NCBI GenBank assembly: GCA_900617105.1 | Contig: UYFQ01000659.1 | Span: 1-64,000, forward strand | Direction of reading: 5' to 3' | Length of the DNA: 64,000 bases | Source of the DNA: Hydrurus foetidus | Taxonomy: Eukaryota | In this document: piece by piece, positions 26,501 through 39,900 of the stretch | Position numbering within the stretch: the first letter of the stretch is position 1 | Layout of the letters: each line of letters begins with the position of its first letter | The notes under the pieces: model-generated | Databases searched by the model: none | The model's input: the letters and a program-made list of their open reading frames with translations, nothing else | Told to the model about the DNA's origin: nothing | Program-made: the position numbers and the translations under genes

Positions 26501-29500
26501 GTATATGGCATAACACACACACAGTAATATGAAAATATTAAAAAACAGCTACATACTAAATAACACTTCTGAAATTAAATGACAATAATTACCTCGATCT
26601 GCTAAGTGCTGACAGAAGAGAGCTGTAAGTGATGACATTAGGTAAAGCTCCATCTTTCATAATTTGATCAAACACTTTTGCCGATCTCTCCTCTGCATCC
26701 TTGCGATTTGACCTTAACAAGAATAATGGGAGTAAAAGTAATGTCAGTACATTTGTCAGATGACGTTAAATGTTAAGTGAGATTGCTTTACTTAATATAT
26801 ATAGAAGAATAATTACTTTTTTAAATTACTTATTCTAATCTCATGGTCGTTTGGTATTTCTTCTGTTTGACCTTGTTATCATGTATGAGTCATTTCTATC
26901 ATTAATTCATGTATTTGTATTACTACTTAAAAGTGACAATTACGTAGTTCCATGCATTTTATTAATTAATGGTCATTAACATGACTGTTAAATGAATTAA
27001 TATTATCATTAAAAAGTATTAGTTATTCATTCGGTCGAATTGAAATTTGAGGGAAGTTTACAGATGATACACATTTGTCGTCTTTTCTATTCGAATTAAA
27101 ATAAATTCCATAAAATAAATAAATGATTAAATAAATAAATAAACAAATGATTGAATAAATAAATAAATAAATTTTAAATAGTGTGTATTTTAGTATTAAT
27201 GTTTGGAAGTAGTTGTCATTATCTCATGCGTCATATTTATGTATTTCATTTACATTTTATCTCAACTGATACAGTAATATGGGTAAAAGTGAAAGGAATG
27301 TTAACACATTTATCAGGTGAAATTAAATATTAGGATCATTTAAATCACAGAAGAATCATTCTTTTTAATTTATTCATTCAGTCATTATTATTTGATCTAG
27401 TAGTCGTTTTTCAGGTTAACTGTAATTACGAAATAGGCTTGTACAAGATATAAGTCGTATTTTTTATACGTGACCTGTATTAAATAGTATAAGTGTCATT
27501 ATTATTTTATTCGTTATCATTATCTTCCACATCTTCAGAATAAATATACATAAATCAATAATTAATTATTATTCTAATTATTCATTATTGTAAGTTATAA
27601 TTATTTTGTGTATAGTTAATAACAAAAACAAATTGTTTTTTTCATTTTATGTCTTACTATATAATTGAATAGTATAACAAATTTTGAGCAAAGCCCACGA
27701 AAAGAAAACGAATGATATCAGCCTGTGAAAATGTGGAAATGAAGCACCCACTAAGAATCATCAAGTGACATTATATAGCATCAAATAGAATTATCATCAT
27801 CACTTGTGCAATTTTGCGATTTGCACCTCAAGGCTCCTCGTTCATTCCAGGTACACGTTTAATCTGGACCCACCCCTATACACGACAATAAACTGTACCG
27901 TACAGTTTTCAGTTTCAGTACGGTCAGTTATTTGTCGTGTATAGGGGTGGGTCTAGAATAAAAGTGGATCTGGAATGAACGAGGAGCCTTGAGCTGTTGG
28001 TATAGCAATATTATACTAAAAATAAATTTCAACTTTAATGGAAATAATAGGAAACTGAGGGAAGCTTAATTGGATCTTTTTAATCAAAAACAGTTCTCTT
28101 ATTAAGTACGTACGATTACACAATTGTACATACTGACACCGTACGTACGTACCTCCCCCAAGCCGCTATAGCAGCATTGTAACTGCATATCTCCGGATTG
28201 ATTCCTGCTTGTTTCATTCTTAACAACACGCCTTCCGCTCTCTATTATGATTAGATTGTTCATTGTATGGAATATTGGTAGGTTTAGGATAATCTTGAAG
28301 AACGCTAGTAGAGGCAGCAGAGTTTTATTAGATGTAATTATACAAACGAATAGTTACAATAAGAATGGGCGTTTGAGTATGAAAAAAGAAAGTAGAATAA
28401 ATGGTCAGTTTGACGAAGGTGACAGCGAAGTACTACATGGTCGGAAGGAAAGTAGTTTGCTCAGCAACATATTGATAGATATAGACAACGCATTAATGTG
28501 CTACGTTAGCAATGCAATGCAATACAACACACACTACAATGCACGATACAATGAAACGCAACACAATTGAAATCTACACAAAACAAAGCCAAACAACAGA
28601 ACCCATCACATCACATCACATCCCATCCCATCCCATCACATCACAACACATTACATCACATCTCACCACATCACATCAAATCACATCATATCACATCACA
28701 TCACATCAAATCTCACCACATCACATCACATCACATCACATCACATCACATCACACCACAACACATCACATCACATCACATCACATCACAGAGGACGTTA
28801 GTGCTGCATTTTTGACATCTACAAAAACGTATTCGAACAAGAAAAAAACAGTGAAAGACGATATTCTAAAATTTCATATTGACCGAATAAAACGGAAGTT
28901 ACCTCGGGTGAGTCAGCCTGTCTACTCTTTCCGTGCGTATCTAATAAAATATTAAAAAGTGTGGCAGTGGGTTTTACACCACTAGCAATTCCTTTCGATA
29001 AAGCTACTTCAGCTTTATTGGCAGCAATAGGCGATCGTGATTTGCTCCACGCTTGCAGTTGGGAAACTAACAAATATTCGTCTAATTTTACTCCCGCTTG
29101 TAATAGCCTCTGTAGAACTTCTTCGGTTCTATCAGCTGAATCAGCCAAGTCTGTACTGGCGTGTACGTTCAGTAATTGACGACAAGAAATAGGGTCAGGC
29201 TTATACCCTGCGCTCAACATTTTAAATAAAATGTCGTCACATTTATCCCGTCTATTTTTTTTTGCCCATGTTTCCATTAAACGTGCATATATCTGTCCGA
29301 AAAATGTATTTTTTTTTGTATGTTAGATTGTTATTTGGCTAGTTTTGATGTAATAATATGTAATATAAATAATAATTACACTAGCTAGTTGACATATTCA
29401 CAATAGCGAAAGTGAGCAGACATCTTAGCTTTTGTAAATAACAGAAGTAAATACAATGAGTCAGTCAACACAAAACGAAACGCAATAATTGAACACAAAA

Positions 29501-32500
29501 CAAAATAAAAATGTGGAGGCAATGATAATAAATTGAAATAAAATGAAAGAAATTGATGAGGAAACTTCCACAAAAAAAATGCTGAAAAATACAGAATACG
29601 GAATACAAAATACGAAATATCATACCGTATACGAAGGAGAAAATCCAATATCCGTCATTCTGTCCACAATATCTGTTGACCTTTGGGGATCCAAATCAGC
29701 CCACACCTCGACTAGCGTACTATAAGATGAGACACTCGGACTAAATATTGGAACTCCGAGGAAATAGGGTTTACGGCTAACCCCGTATGTTTCGGCCTGA
29801 AATCTTAGCCTAGATAATAAATAGGTGATTTGATAGTCAGGAAAATGTAATTTTTTAGTTTTTCATTAATTATGATGATGGTATCTTTGAGCCTGAATGA
29901 TACATCATCAAATTAGTATCTATTTAAATCTTTAATCGGAATTTAAAAAAAAACTAACCCAGCACAACCCGACATGGTACAGCAAAACAAAAAATAAAAA
30001 CGAAGTATAAAAAACATTCAAATACGCGGCACTAGAACATTATAAATACCTGTCAAATAAACTTTGCGATCTTATTGCAATATCCTTACATTTTCCCTCT
30101 ACCCAAATTTTACTCATTAACTCAAAAGTATAATCATTTGGGTAAATACCCCTCGGGTCATTGTTCCCATTTTCCTCTTCATCTACATTCTTAACAGATT
30201 CATTTTTTGCTATTTTGGTATTGTCTAATTTATCTGATTTATTTATTTGACTTATTTTCCCTATTTTTTCAATTTTATTTGTTTGTAATACAGAAAGTGT
30301 ATTACTGTTAACATTTACATTCATATTATTATTTTTATCATTATACCATAATTTCTCACATCTTTCAACGACATTTTTTCCTCCTGATAATCTAATACAC
30401 TCAACTAAAATATTGGCGGAAATAACATCCGCTATAGGATGAGTTAATCTCTCGTGTTTAACAGTAAAATCAGATTTCAATTTTGAAGGAGAAAAAGAAG
30501 AAAATGGAATGTTTTTCGTTCCCAGTGTACCGCTCATCAAAGAGTAGATTTCCTAAAATGGTAAAAACGAAAACACGGAAATTAATACAACATGTTGCAT
30601 AGTTAATAATGCATAGATAATGAATATGAAAATAATAGTATATAGCATGATATTCAAATTGTTATTGTAATCAAATAGCAATATAGTCATCAAGCAAAAA
30701 AAGATATGAAAATAAATTAAAAAAAATCATTTGATGTACAGATCGAAAAGTAATTAATGAATCCATAGCAGGAAGGAAAAAAAAATCAAAGTAGAAAAAT
30801 ACGAAAAATATTGTCTTCTCAAAATCAAAAAAAATTAATGCAGAAGTGTGGACACTTCTGCTGTTCCGCAAAACTATACAGTATATTACGATATAATTTA
30901 ATGAAATATAAAGTGATGTCATATTAATTTTAACATATCAATTGTGGAGAAAAAATCAGAGGACAACTAGAAAATAAACGAAAATAGAAAATAGAAAATG
31001 GAAAATAGAAAACATGGTAAAAAAATGAAAGATAGAGTGTAAAGTGTCACACCTCTGCCGTTTCGCAAGAAGAAGTGTCCGAGCAAGCCAACGCATGTGA
31101 GGCTAAAAGAAGATTATACGCGATGTATAGCCCTTCTGAAAAAATCCTAGGGTGAATTTTAAAAGCATCTTCTTCTTCTACTTCTTTTTCTTTCTCTTTT
31201 TCTTTCTCTACCTTCTTAACTACCTCTTTCACATTTGCTTTATTTATTCTATCAGTTGATGTTTCCACTTCACTCTTATTCTTCAGTAGAAATGGCGAGG
31301 GAAATACAGATACAAACTGATTTCTCTCCCTCTCTTCTTCTTCTCCTTCTTTTTCTCCTTTTTCTCCTCCTTCTTTTCTTACTTCTTTCCTCCCTGTCTC
31401 CTTCTCCGTCATCATTTCTTTCTTTCCTTCTCCTTCCCTCTCCCTTCCACTGCCAATACTACTCTCTCTGCCCATTATATCATGATCATCAACTGTGTGT
31501 GCTGTGTGAGTTCCGTGTGGGTGTAACTTCAACTCATCGATATCAGCACACACTCGTACTAAAAATCTCTCAGCCTGTAGTACCGCATGATTCCTTTTAT
31601 TGAAATAGCTACCGTCACCATTATTACTACTATCACTATTTTCACCTTCTTTATTCCATGCATTTGCCAACTGCATGTACACAGAAGGATGTGGTAGTAA
31701 AGTCCCACTATTCTCCTCACAATCTAATGGTAATATTAACGATGCTAATGATATATTATTTTGAAAATTCCTAACTTTTTCCCCTTGATATTTTTCTACT
31801 GATTTCATAACTCCAATAATTGATATTCTTGCTAATAAATCTTCCGCTTTTTTTATACTATTTATTTGAGAAGAAAGATCTTGGATCTTTAAACTCCGAG
31901 AATCACCATTTTCACAATTTTGATTTTGACTATTATCTAATTTATTATTTGTTTTACTTTTTTCATTATGACCAGTATTTTTGTAAATAGTATTATCACT
32001 ACTTTCTGCATTTTCTCTATCAATTTTATTGTCAATGTTAACACCAATATTTACATTTTGATCGTTTTTATCTGCTTGTCCGTGTCGACACCATACATAC
32101 AATAAAGATCTTCGCAAAGAAACATCAGGCTGTATTCCGGCAGCTAAACAGTCGAATAAAACCTCTTCAGTTCTTCTGACGTATTCTCCTTTTTTATAAT
32201 ACGTTAATTCTTGCCGTTGTTTACGGCTTGATCCGGCTACATCTCCGCTATTTACTTCTCTCGGATTGTCTAGTAATGATCCCAATGTGTCCTGATTTGA
32301 TGTGATCGGATAGTTCAGTATTGTTGCACTTGGATTTTCTTGTATTTCATATCCGTGAGATGTCCGTTGAGAAGATTGAATGACGTCACTAAAGTCAACT
32401 TCAACTTCAACTTCATCAACTTTAACTTCAACATTTGTAGAGACGTTGACATCCGTGTCCGTATCCGATATGTACAATTCGTATCCGTCAGAAATGATCA

Positions 32501-32849
32501 TTCCTTCAGGGACGGATTCTATTCGGTTTGAATCTAAACGGTTTCGATCCACAGGTCGGGGGTTCGACTCCCACCTCCAGCTTTTGCTCCACGCGTAAGC
32601 CAGGAGAGAGTACGCTCTTTGACAGGGAGGTACACCCGCTTCAATCATAGTCTGCACTACTTCTCCTGCCTGCAAGGTAGTGTGTGATTAAATATGATGG
32701 GAGAGAGAAAGGGAATGTTATTACTGATATTTTGTTGCAGCAGGTATCGACGGTATGGACTGGACTCAGAGTTCCTGATGTGACACATTGCTGTAATGCA
32801 TCAAGGAATTTTATGGATTCAATGTGCTGATAGAATTTGTTTAAAAAAA

Positions 32850-32916
<67 letters not shown>

Positions 32917-34334
32917 ATGAATTGAATAAATAGATAACTGAATGAATAACTAAATGCATAAATAAAATATATATAAACAAACAAATAAATAAATGAAAGA
33001 GTACTTAAATGAGGAAGTAAGTAGGTAAGTAAGTAAATAATTAAGTAGATAAATAAATGAGTAGTTAAATAAAAGTGAAGTAAGTAAGTTTGATAAATTG
33101 ATGAGTCGTAAAACAAATAAAATACGTTGATATATAAATAAATTAAATACGACTAACCTTGGTCGCAGCATTTGGTAGGGGACTCCTCGCCCAAGCTTCT
33201 AAAAGGAGAAGAAAAGAACTCCTGCTCGGCCTTCCTGCAATCTCCCTCTTCTCATCCCTCTCCCTCTCCTTTTCTCTCTCTACCTCTAACTACTACTTCA
33301 CCTCCTCTTCTTTCCTCTCTCCTTCTTCGTTATCACCCCTCTCCATATCTATCCCCATCTCCACTTTTTTCTCAACTCCTCCATTCTCTACTATAGTCGC
33401 ACTTCTCATACCACCACCACCACTACCACCACCACCACTACCACTAACACTCTCACCACCAGTATTGTCTGTCACAACTATCCGCTTAGCAATGGCAGAG
33501 GCAGAATAGATACAAGACACCATACTTCTAAAAATAGATTCCGTTATACGGGGACTGTCCGGCCTACGGCTAACTACCCACATTCGTAACAAAGATTCAT
33601 AAATAACTTTACTAGGTGTAATTCCAGTTGACAACATATGCTCCGCGACTTCTAAAGCTCTGCTCGGATATGTCTGAACCAGTCTACCAGGGCTACTTTT
33701 TAGATTTAAACTGCTTATTTCGAATGATTTTACTAGTAGTTCAAAACACTCCAAATCAGGGTTGTAGCCGCCCACACCAACTAAATGTTGGAAAAATGTT
33801 ACAGCACGATCCGCTGTAGTTATTTGCACGCCAGATTTTGGACCGACATATGATTGTACGTACGTGTTTTCGTTTGGAATGTACGTGCTGTTTTTTGTGT
33901 GTGTTTGTGTGTTGTAGTTATTATTGTCTTTTGCCAGCACTTTTAGTACGTCTTTGTACATGTCTAGTGTGGCGACAATTCCCGCATCGACAATCCGGTT
34001 AAATGCATCCTAAGAAAAAGAGTGAGAAAATTGATTTAGTTGAAGCTTTACAAAGTAATAGATGATAAAATCTATAGACCTTCATGGAATGAGAACACTT
34101 AATAAAATTGACGAATATCTTTAAAAACCAATTAAAAATTGTAAATTTGTCTAAAATTTGTAATATTAACATAACATAGATTGATAGTGTAACATCATTT
34201 GATTGAGCAATTTGTATTTACCATGTCATAATTTCGAAATACAGAGAACAATTTTCTCACACGTAATACGCAAACAAATCCGAATAGACAGACACACAGA
34301 TAAACTAACACTCAGACATATATATAGACAGTCG

Positions 34335-34389
<55 letters not shown>

Positions 34390-36620
34390 CCCTCCATACC
34401 TCCTTAAAAAAAGACAGAAAATACACATACATACGTACATACCTGGCAGTAAGATGCACCATCTCCATCTTCCAATCCTAACATCGCACCAAAAGAATCT
34501 TCTTTACTATTTTCTCCATTGAAGTTCTGAGTCAGTCGACACAACAAAGTAAAGATTTTTTTTATTCTTTGCATAGCAGTATCTAACATTTTTTTCAAGG
34601 AAGATCGGTTAGCTGCGTCAACCTCAGAATCGGTATCGATAGGATTTGTAACGGAAACGGAAATATTACGGTCAATTTTTACCGGAATACCGTCAAAATT
34701 TAATTTGTTTTCCACGTCATAAAATCCGCTGACGTCACTCACAGGATCGATTGTCAGAAGCGTAGATGATGAACTAATTTTAACCGTATTAGAAATGGCC
34801 GTATACCGGTCAACCCATCCGCGCAATAAAGCCGAATATGTTACCGATGTTGGCCGTATTCCGTTACGCACCATTACGGCTAATTTTTCTTCCGCTTTAT
34901 CCAGTCTACCGCAGCACGACCAAATAGAAACTAACGCAGAATAAGTCCACTGATCTGGTCGTATACCTAATAATGAAGTTAACTCTCCTATGTGCCTTTC
35001 TCTTCTCTCTCTATCTATTTGTATTGATAGATGTAATAATTTTGAATATACTCTATCTGCATTTCTCGCTCTCTCCAATAGAAATGCATCATCTTTCACA
35101 TCATTAACTGACCCTCTATCAGATACTGCTTCCATTTTTTTGTTTTTCTCAACTTCATTTCCATCTTCGTTGTTACTTTTTGCCGTGTCAGGATGCCGTA
35201 ATACACCGTAAGCCGCTATAATTTGATTCCACGGCTGGGCATTTATCTTCTCTTCACTATTTATCGTTTGTATTAAACGACTCAATTTTCCATTTTCAGT
35301 ATTAATTTCATTACTATTCTTATTCTTATTTTGAAATTCGTTCCCACTAATAATTTTGTCATTATTTTCGTTTTTATTTTTATTTATAGATGCTTTCTTT
35401 TTTGATGATGATATTCTTTGATTTAAATTATTAAGTACTGCTGCGGACAATCGGTCTACAACTCTTTCAGCTCTCTGGGGATTGCCTACTTTACACCATG
35501 AATCTATAACTATAGAATAAATAGTTCCTGATATATACATATTTCTTTGTTCCATATATACTATTCTCTCATCAGCTTTGGAGATATCTAATAATTTTGA
35601 TTTTTTGTTGTTTTTACACAGAGATATTATTAGTGCTGCATTTGAACCGGATAAATCTAAAGTTGGATATAAGCTCTCCATCGTATGTAACAATCTATCA
35701 ATATTATGCGATGCGTCATTTTGCCCACTATTAAGCCATATTAAAATCATATTCTCATAAATACTCAAAGAAACTTTCTTAGGAACTTTTTCTTTATTTT
35801 CAGAATGTGATGACGTCATTAACATTCCTAACAATTCCGTTCCTAATTCTGCAGCATCTGGTAGGGAAGTGCCAGCTAATAGTAGGAAAGTCTTCTCATA
35901 CGATTCGAGAGATGGAGTCATTTCTAGTTTGATCATTTTCCGTATTACTTGTACACATTTTAGTGCCGAGTCTTTCCTATGACTTCTTGACCATGTGTTG
36001 AGTAAAGATTCAAAACTGACTATATCAGGGTCTACTCCAGCGAATTCCATTCTTTCGAGTAATTCCTCAGCTTTTATTGCAGAATTTAATGCAGTGCTTT
36101 TACTCCACGCAATTATCAATGAGTTGTATATTGTAATGTCACATTCGTAGCCAGTAAATGACACTCGATCAAATATCTGCTCTGCTTTCTCAGGCTGATT
36201 TGCATTTCCCAGAAGGTTCATAAGTGATATGGTAACTTTAACAGAAGGAGTGACACCAGCTTTTATGAGCTGTTGAAAAACTTCTTCTGCTTCTACGGCC
36301 CTTCTTTCGATAGGACAGTTAGAAAGAATCCAAGACTGAAGAAGCTGCTCATAGGAATCTTGATTAGCTATCTGATTTGATTGTATCTCGACGCCAACAT
36401 TTCTCTGGGAGTCAGCATCTTTCTTCGTTAAAACAGTCTTTTCATTGTCAAGTTCAGAATACTTGCTACCGTCTTCCAACTTTTTTGCTACGATCGCAAA
36501 ACCTTTGATCCTCGATAACATCCCATCAGGAAAAGCTCTTCTTGATACGAATTTGAAAGAAAGTGTATGATGCAATAGTAGGATAGCAAAACAAGCCAAA
36601 GAGCGTCGAGCCGAAATCAT
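23584..36620 (-). CDS. Very large pentatricopeptide-repeat (PPR) protein, ~13 exons, ~2,300 aa, predicted plastid-targeted; carries two apparent lesions (see findings)
   Basis: Many 35-aa motifs, e.g. IYNSLIIAWSKS...AEELLERMEFAGVDPD, TYSALVSIWSCCGRLDKAEEKLAVMVRNGIRPT, SYNAAIAAWGRS, AWTIMITIWGRS. N-terminal signal peptide ending HTLS|F. Confidence 0.88.
26081..26165. repeat. Intronic minisatellite, ~4 x 20 bp (cagataatgacacatcacat)
   Basis: Direct tandem copies. Confidence 0.85.
27829..27991. mobile_element. CAAGG-terminal foldback element in a PPR intron
   Basis: caaggctcctcgttcattccag...tctggacccacccctatacacgacaa pairs with ttgtcgtgtataggggtgggtctaga...ctggaatgaacgaggagccttg. Confidence 0.85.
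28606..28790. repeat. (CATCA)n microsatellite, intronic; similar tracts at ~24400-24550 and ~26310-26420
   Basis: Direct reading of the sequence. Confidence 0.9.
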
Positions 36621-36989
36621 CGCTCGGATTGATTATTTCGGCGTCTTATTTGTCGTTCGAATCACGATAGAGTCAGTGCTAACAACTGTTTGTCGACAGA
36701 GCTCATACACAGAGATCTTATAGCTACTTCGATGGTGATCTTCAGAGATTGTTGACTGGTGAGTTTGTTGTTGAACTCGGTGACACGCCTTACTTAGCGC
36801 TGTCATCTGTAAACACGCCACATCACACTAAAATTACACGGAATCAGCAGACATTTTTATCCGGATTTTGCTGTTAGATTAAGATTAATGGTTGGGGATT
36901 GATCTGGCTCATGAAATCTATGGCGAAGAGTTAGTCTTCTCTCACCGATCAGAAATCAGGCAACTGTTTCCCGCGCATCAAGCCTTCTC
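36621..36989. promoter_or_regulatory. Putative bidirectional promoter between the PPR gene and the DEAD-box helicase gene
   Basis: 369 bp between divergent start codons, with balanced composition and no repeats. Inferred from geometry only. Confidence 0.55.
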
Positions 36990-39900
36990 ATGACCGAAAC
37001 AATGGCTCTTCCAAAGTCGCTGTTTCCTGGTGGGATGCTTTTGCACAGAAAATTGGTCTTGGCCTTCCTGCTTCTTTCCTCTCAGTCATTGAGCTACCAA
37101 CCTGTCTATCGAGGCAGTTACCCAAGGAATCAGCTGCTGCATTCATCAGATTCGTCATCTATAAGCACCGATTCTGACACTTTCAAATCTCTTGGCGGTG
37201 GCGAGATACCTCAATGGCTGCTTGAGCGATGTGAAAAACTCGGATATGTAAATCCAACTCCAGTACAAGAAGCGTCATTACCAGCGGTATTCCAGGGCCA
37301 AGATGTAATATTGCAAGCTCAGACGGGTAGCGGAAAAACTCTGGTCTACAGCATACCTGTGCTGTCAAAGATAGATGCGAAGAGGGCGGCAATTCAAGCA
37401 GTTATAGTTGTTCCGTCAAGAGAACTCGGTCTTCAAGTCGCAGGAATATTGAAACAATTAGCAAATGGCTCCCCTGATAAGATTATGATCATGAGTTTAA
37501 TGGAAGGTTCTCAGAACAGAAGGCAGCAGCTATGGGCCACGGCAGAACCTCCTCATATTGTCGTTGGGAATCCTAGATCGATTCAGAAGATTGTAGATGT
37601 CGGAAGACTGAGATTAAATTCTGTGGCGTATGTCGTGGTGGATGAAGTGGATGCGTGTTTGATCAGCAGTGAAACTAGACAGGTGAATATTGTGACTTAT
37701 TTACAGTGCAATTTTATGTTATCGAGTGGTGAACATTGTTGATTTCTATTTGTTCTTATCTCAGCTATTGTAATTACGTAATTTAAGTATGATATCCTAA
37801 CTACGCAACTGTATCATGTAAATTGAACTTTAAAAGTAAGTAAGCAAGTAAAGATATTCGGATACTTTAAGCAATAGGTATTTATGTAAGTTCATATTGT
37901 TGCTTTATATAATGCAATCTTGTATGTAATTACAAGTGTTATTATTATCATTTTGATTATTACTATTGCACGTGTTATGATATGTTATGTTCTGCTGTAT
38001 TACACTCTAATTAACATAAATTTCATTAAATGATTGATCTCATTATATAACGTTTCTTCATAATCGTTTATTTGATTACGGTAGTGAATTGTTGTTTTAC
38101 TCGTATTATCAGAATTACGTTTTGTTATTATTACAATTTTTATTGTTATTACCTTTATTATTACTATTGTTATTACCATTAACAAACACTATATTATTAC
38201 TCTTTCTTCTTATTCTTATTAGTCTTCTACTTCTTTCTATGGCATTACAGGAATTGCACACTTTATTATCGAGACGATTAAGTAATTCTTACGGAACAGC
38301 GGAGGATCCAGAAGACCCTGGACTTTTAGGTTACGGAATTGCTGCTACCTTTTTCATTGTTCTGTTTATTTGTTTTTTTACAGAATATCTATAAGGTTCC
38401 AGAATTACTATTCTTTGTTATTACTATTGTTCAAATTTTTTTTGTATATTTATTTTTCCTCCATTTTCTCCTGGACTGTTTCATTTACACCACACATTTT
38501 ATAATTTTTTACAGTTCAAGGGTTGTGTTTAATTCATTTGTCCTTTTTAATCGGGTACCAGCCCCCCACACAACAACACACAGCATTTTTCACGACTGTC
38601 AAAAACCCATTTCCCAGGGGACAGCCCAGCATGAGAAATACTGTGTGTTGTTGTGTGGGGGCTTGTACCCGATTAAAAACGACAAATGGATCAAACACGA
38701 CCTTTGAATCATAGCACAGTGTTGTGATGTTACGCTCGAGATCAAGGCTCCTCATTTATTCCAGGTCCACGTTTATTCTGGACCCACCCCTATACAGGAC
38801 AATTAATTGTACCGTACTGTTTTCAGTTTCGGTACGGAAATGTTTATTGTCGTGTATAGGGGTAAGTCCAGAATAAACGTGGACCTGGAACAAAAGAGGA
38901 GCCTTGAGTTGGTTCATGCTACCTCTTGCAGTAGTGTCTACACTCAACTGCACTATTTCTTTTTTTCCTGTACATTTCCGTACGTTCACTCTATTCACTT
39001 TATGTACATTTCCGTACGTTCACTCTATTCACTTTATATCTAATTTCTGTAGGTATGAAGGAGAACAGAGTGTATTCCAATTTAGCGAAAGATCAACGAG
39101 ACGTGGCTGCCGCTAATGCCCGGTATAGAATTAGCCGTCAAACGATATTCTGCTCCGCCACGATACCACAGAGGTGTTTATTCGATCCTATTTTTTTTTT
39201 TTGTTTTATTTATTTTTATCTGTTTAGATTTGTTTTGTATTATTCTATTCTAATATTTCTTTCTCAATTTCTCTTCCCAATTCCGATTTTTGTTTCGTTG
39301 GATGCTCGGTGTGATATTTGTCTATTTTAAATTGATTTGTTGGATTTTCATCTTACATCATTACATCAATCAATATTCAATTTTCCGTTCCATACTGATA
39401 ATCGCGACATGTATACTCAACAGTTTAAAATAAAACATAAACAATATACTTACAACAAAAAAGCGTCACATATACTAGATAAAATAATTTAACTTAAATC
39501 GAAATAACTATGAATACAACACAGACAGCACTTCGCTGCCATGTGTCAGAAGTCTGGATGGACCGAAACGGTACCCACCCTCATCCACGTTACACCCAAA
39601 GAACTGGTACCTAAACAAGGTACAGAAGTACCAAATATATTCATGTTTTCTACACTTTTATTACTTTATTGCATTTATTTTATTGTATTTGTATTCTTTA
39701 GTTAAGTTAGATGATTAAAGACCATGTGTATTAACTGCTTGTAGTATTACGTTTACTTGACAAATTTGTGATTTATTTTTCGATTTATTCTTTGCAATGT
39801 TTTAAAATGATTAGCCTCACATATTGATATTATAAAATTAATATTTTTCTCCCTTTTTTTCCTTGTTCTTTTTTCTTTTTTCTTGTTATTTTTTTTCACT

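Noticed and set aside
33290..33295. Stop-codon reassignment (TAG as sense)
   Set aside because: I saw no other in-frame TAG in the several thousand codons of reconstructed exons, and the 48906-49415 gene ends at a TAG at the expected length.
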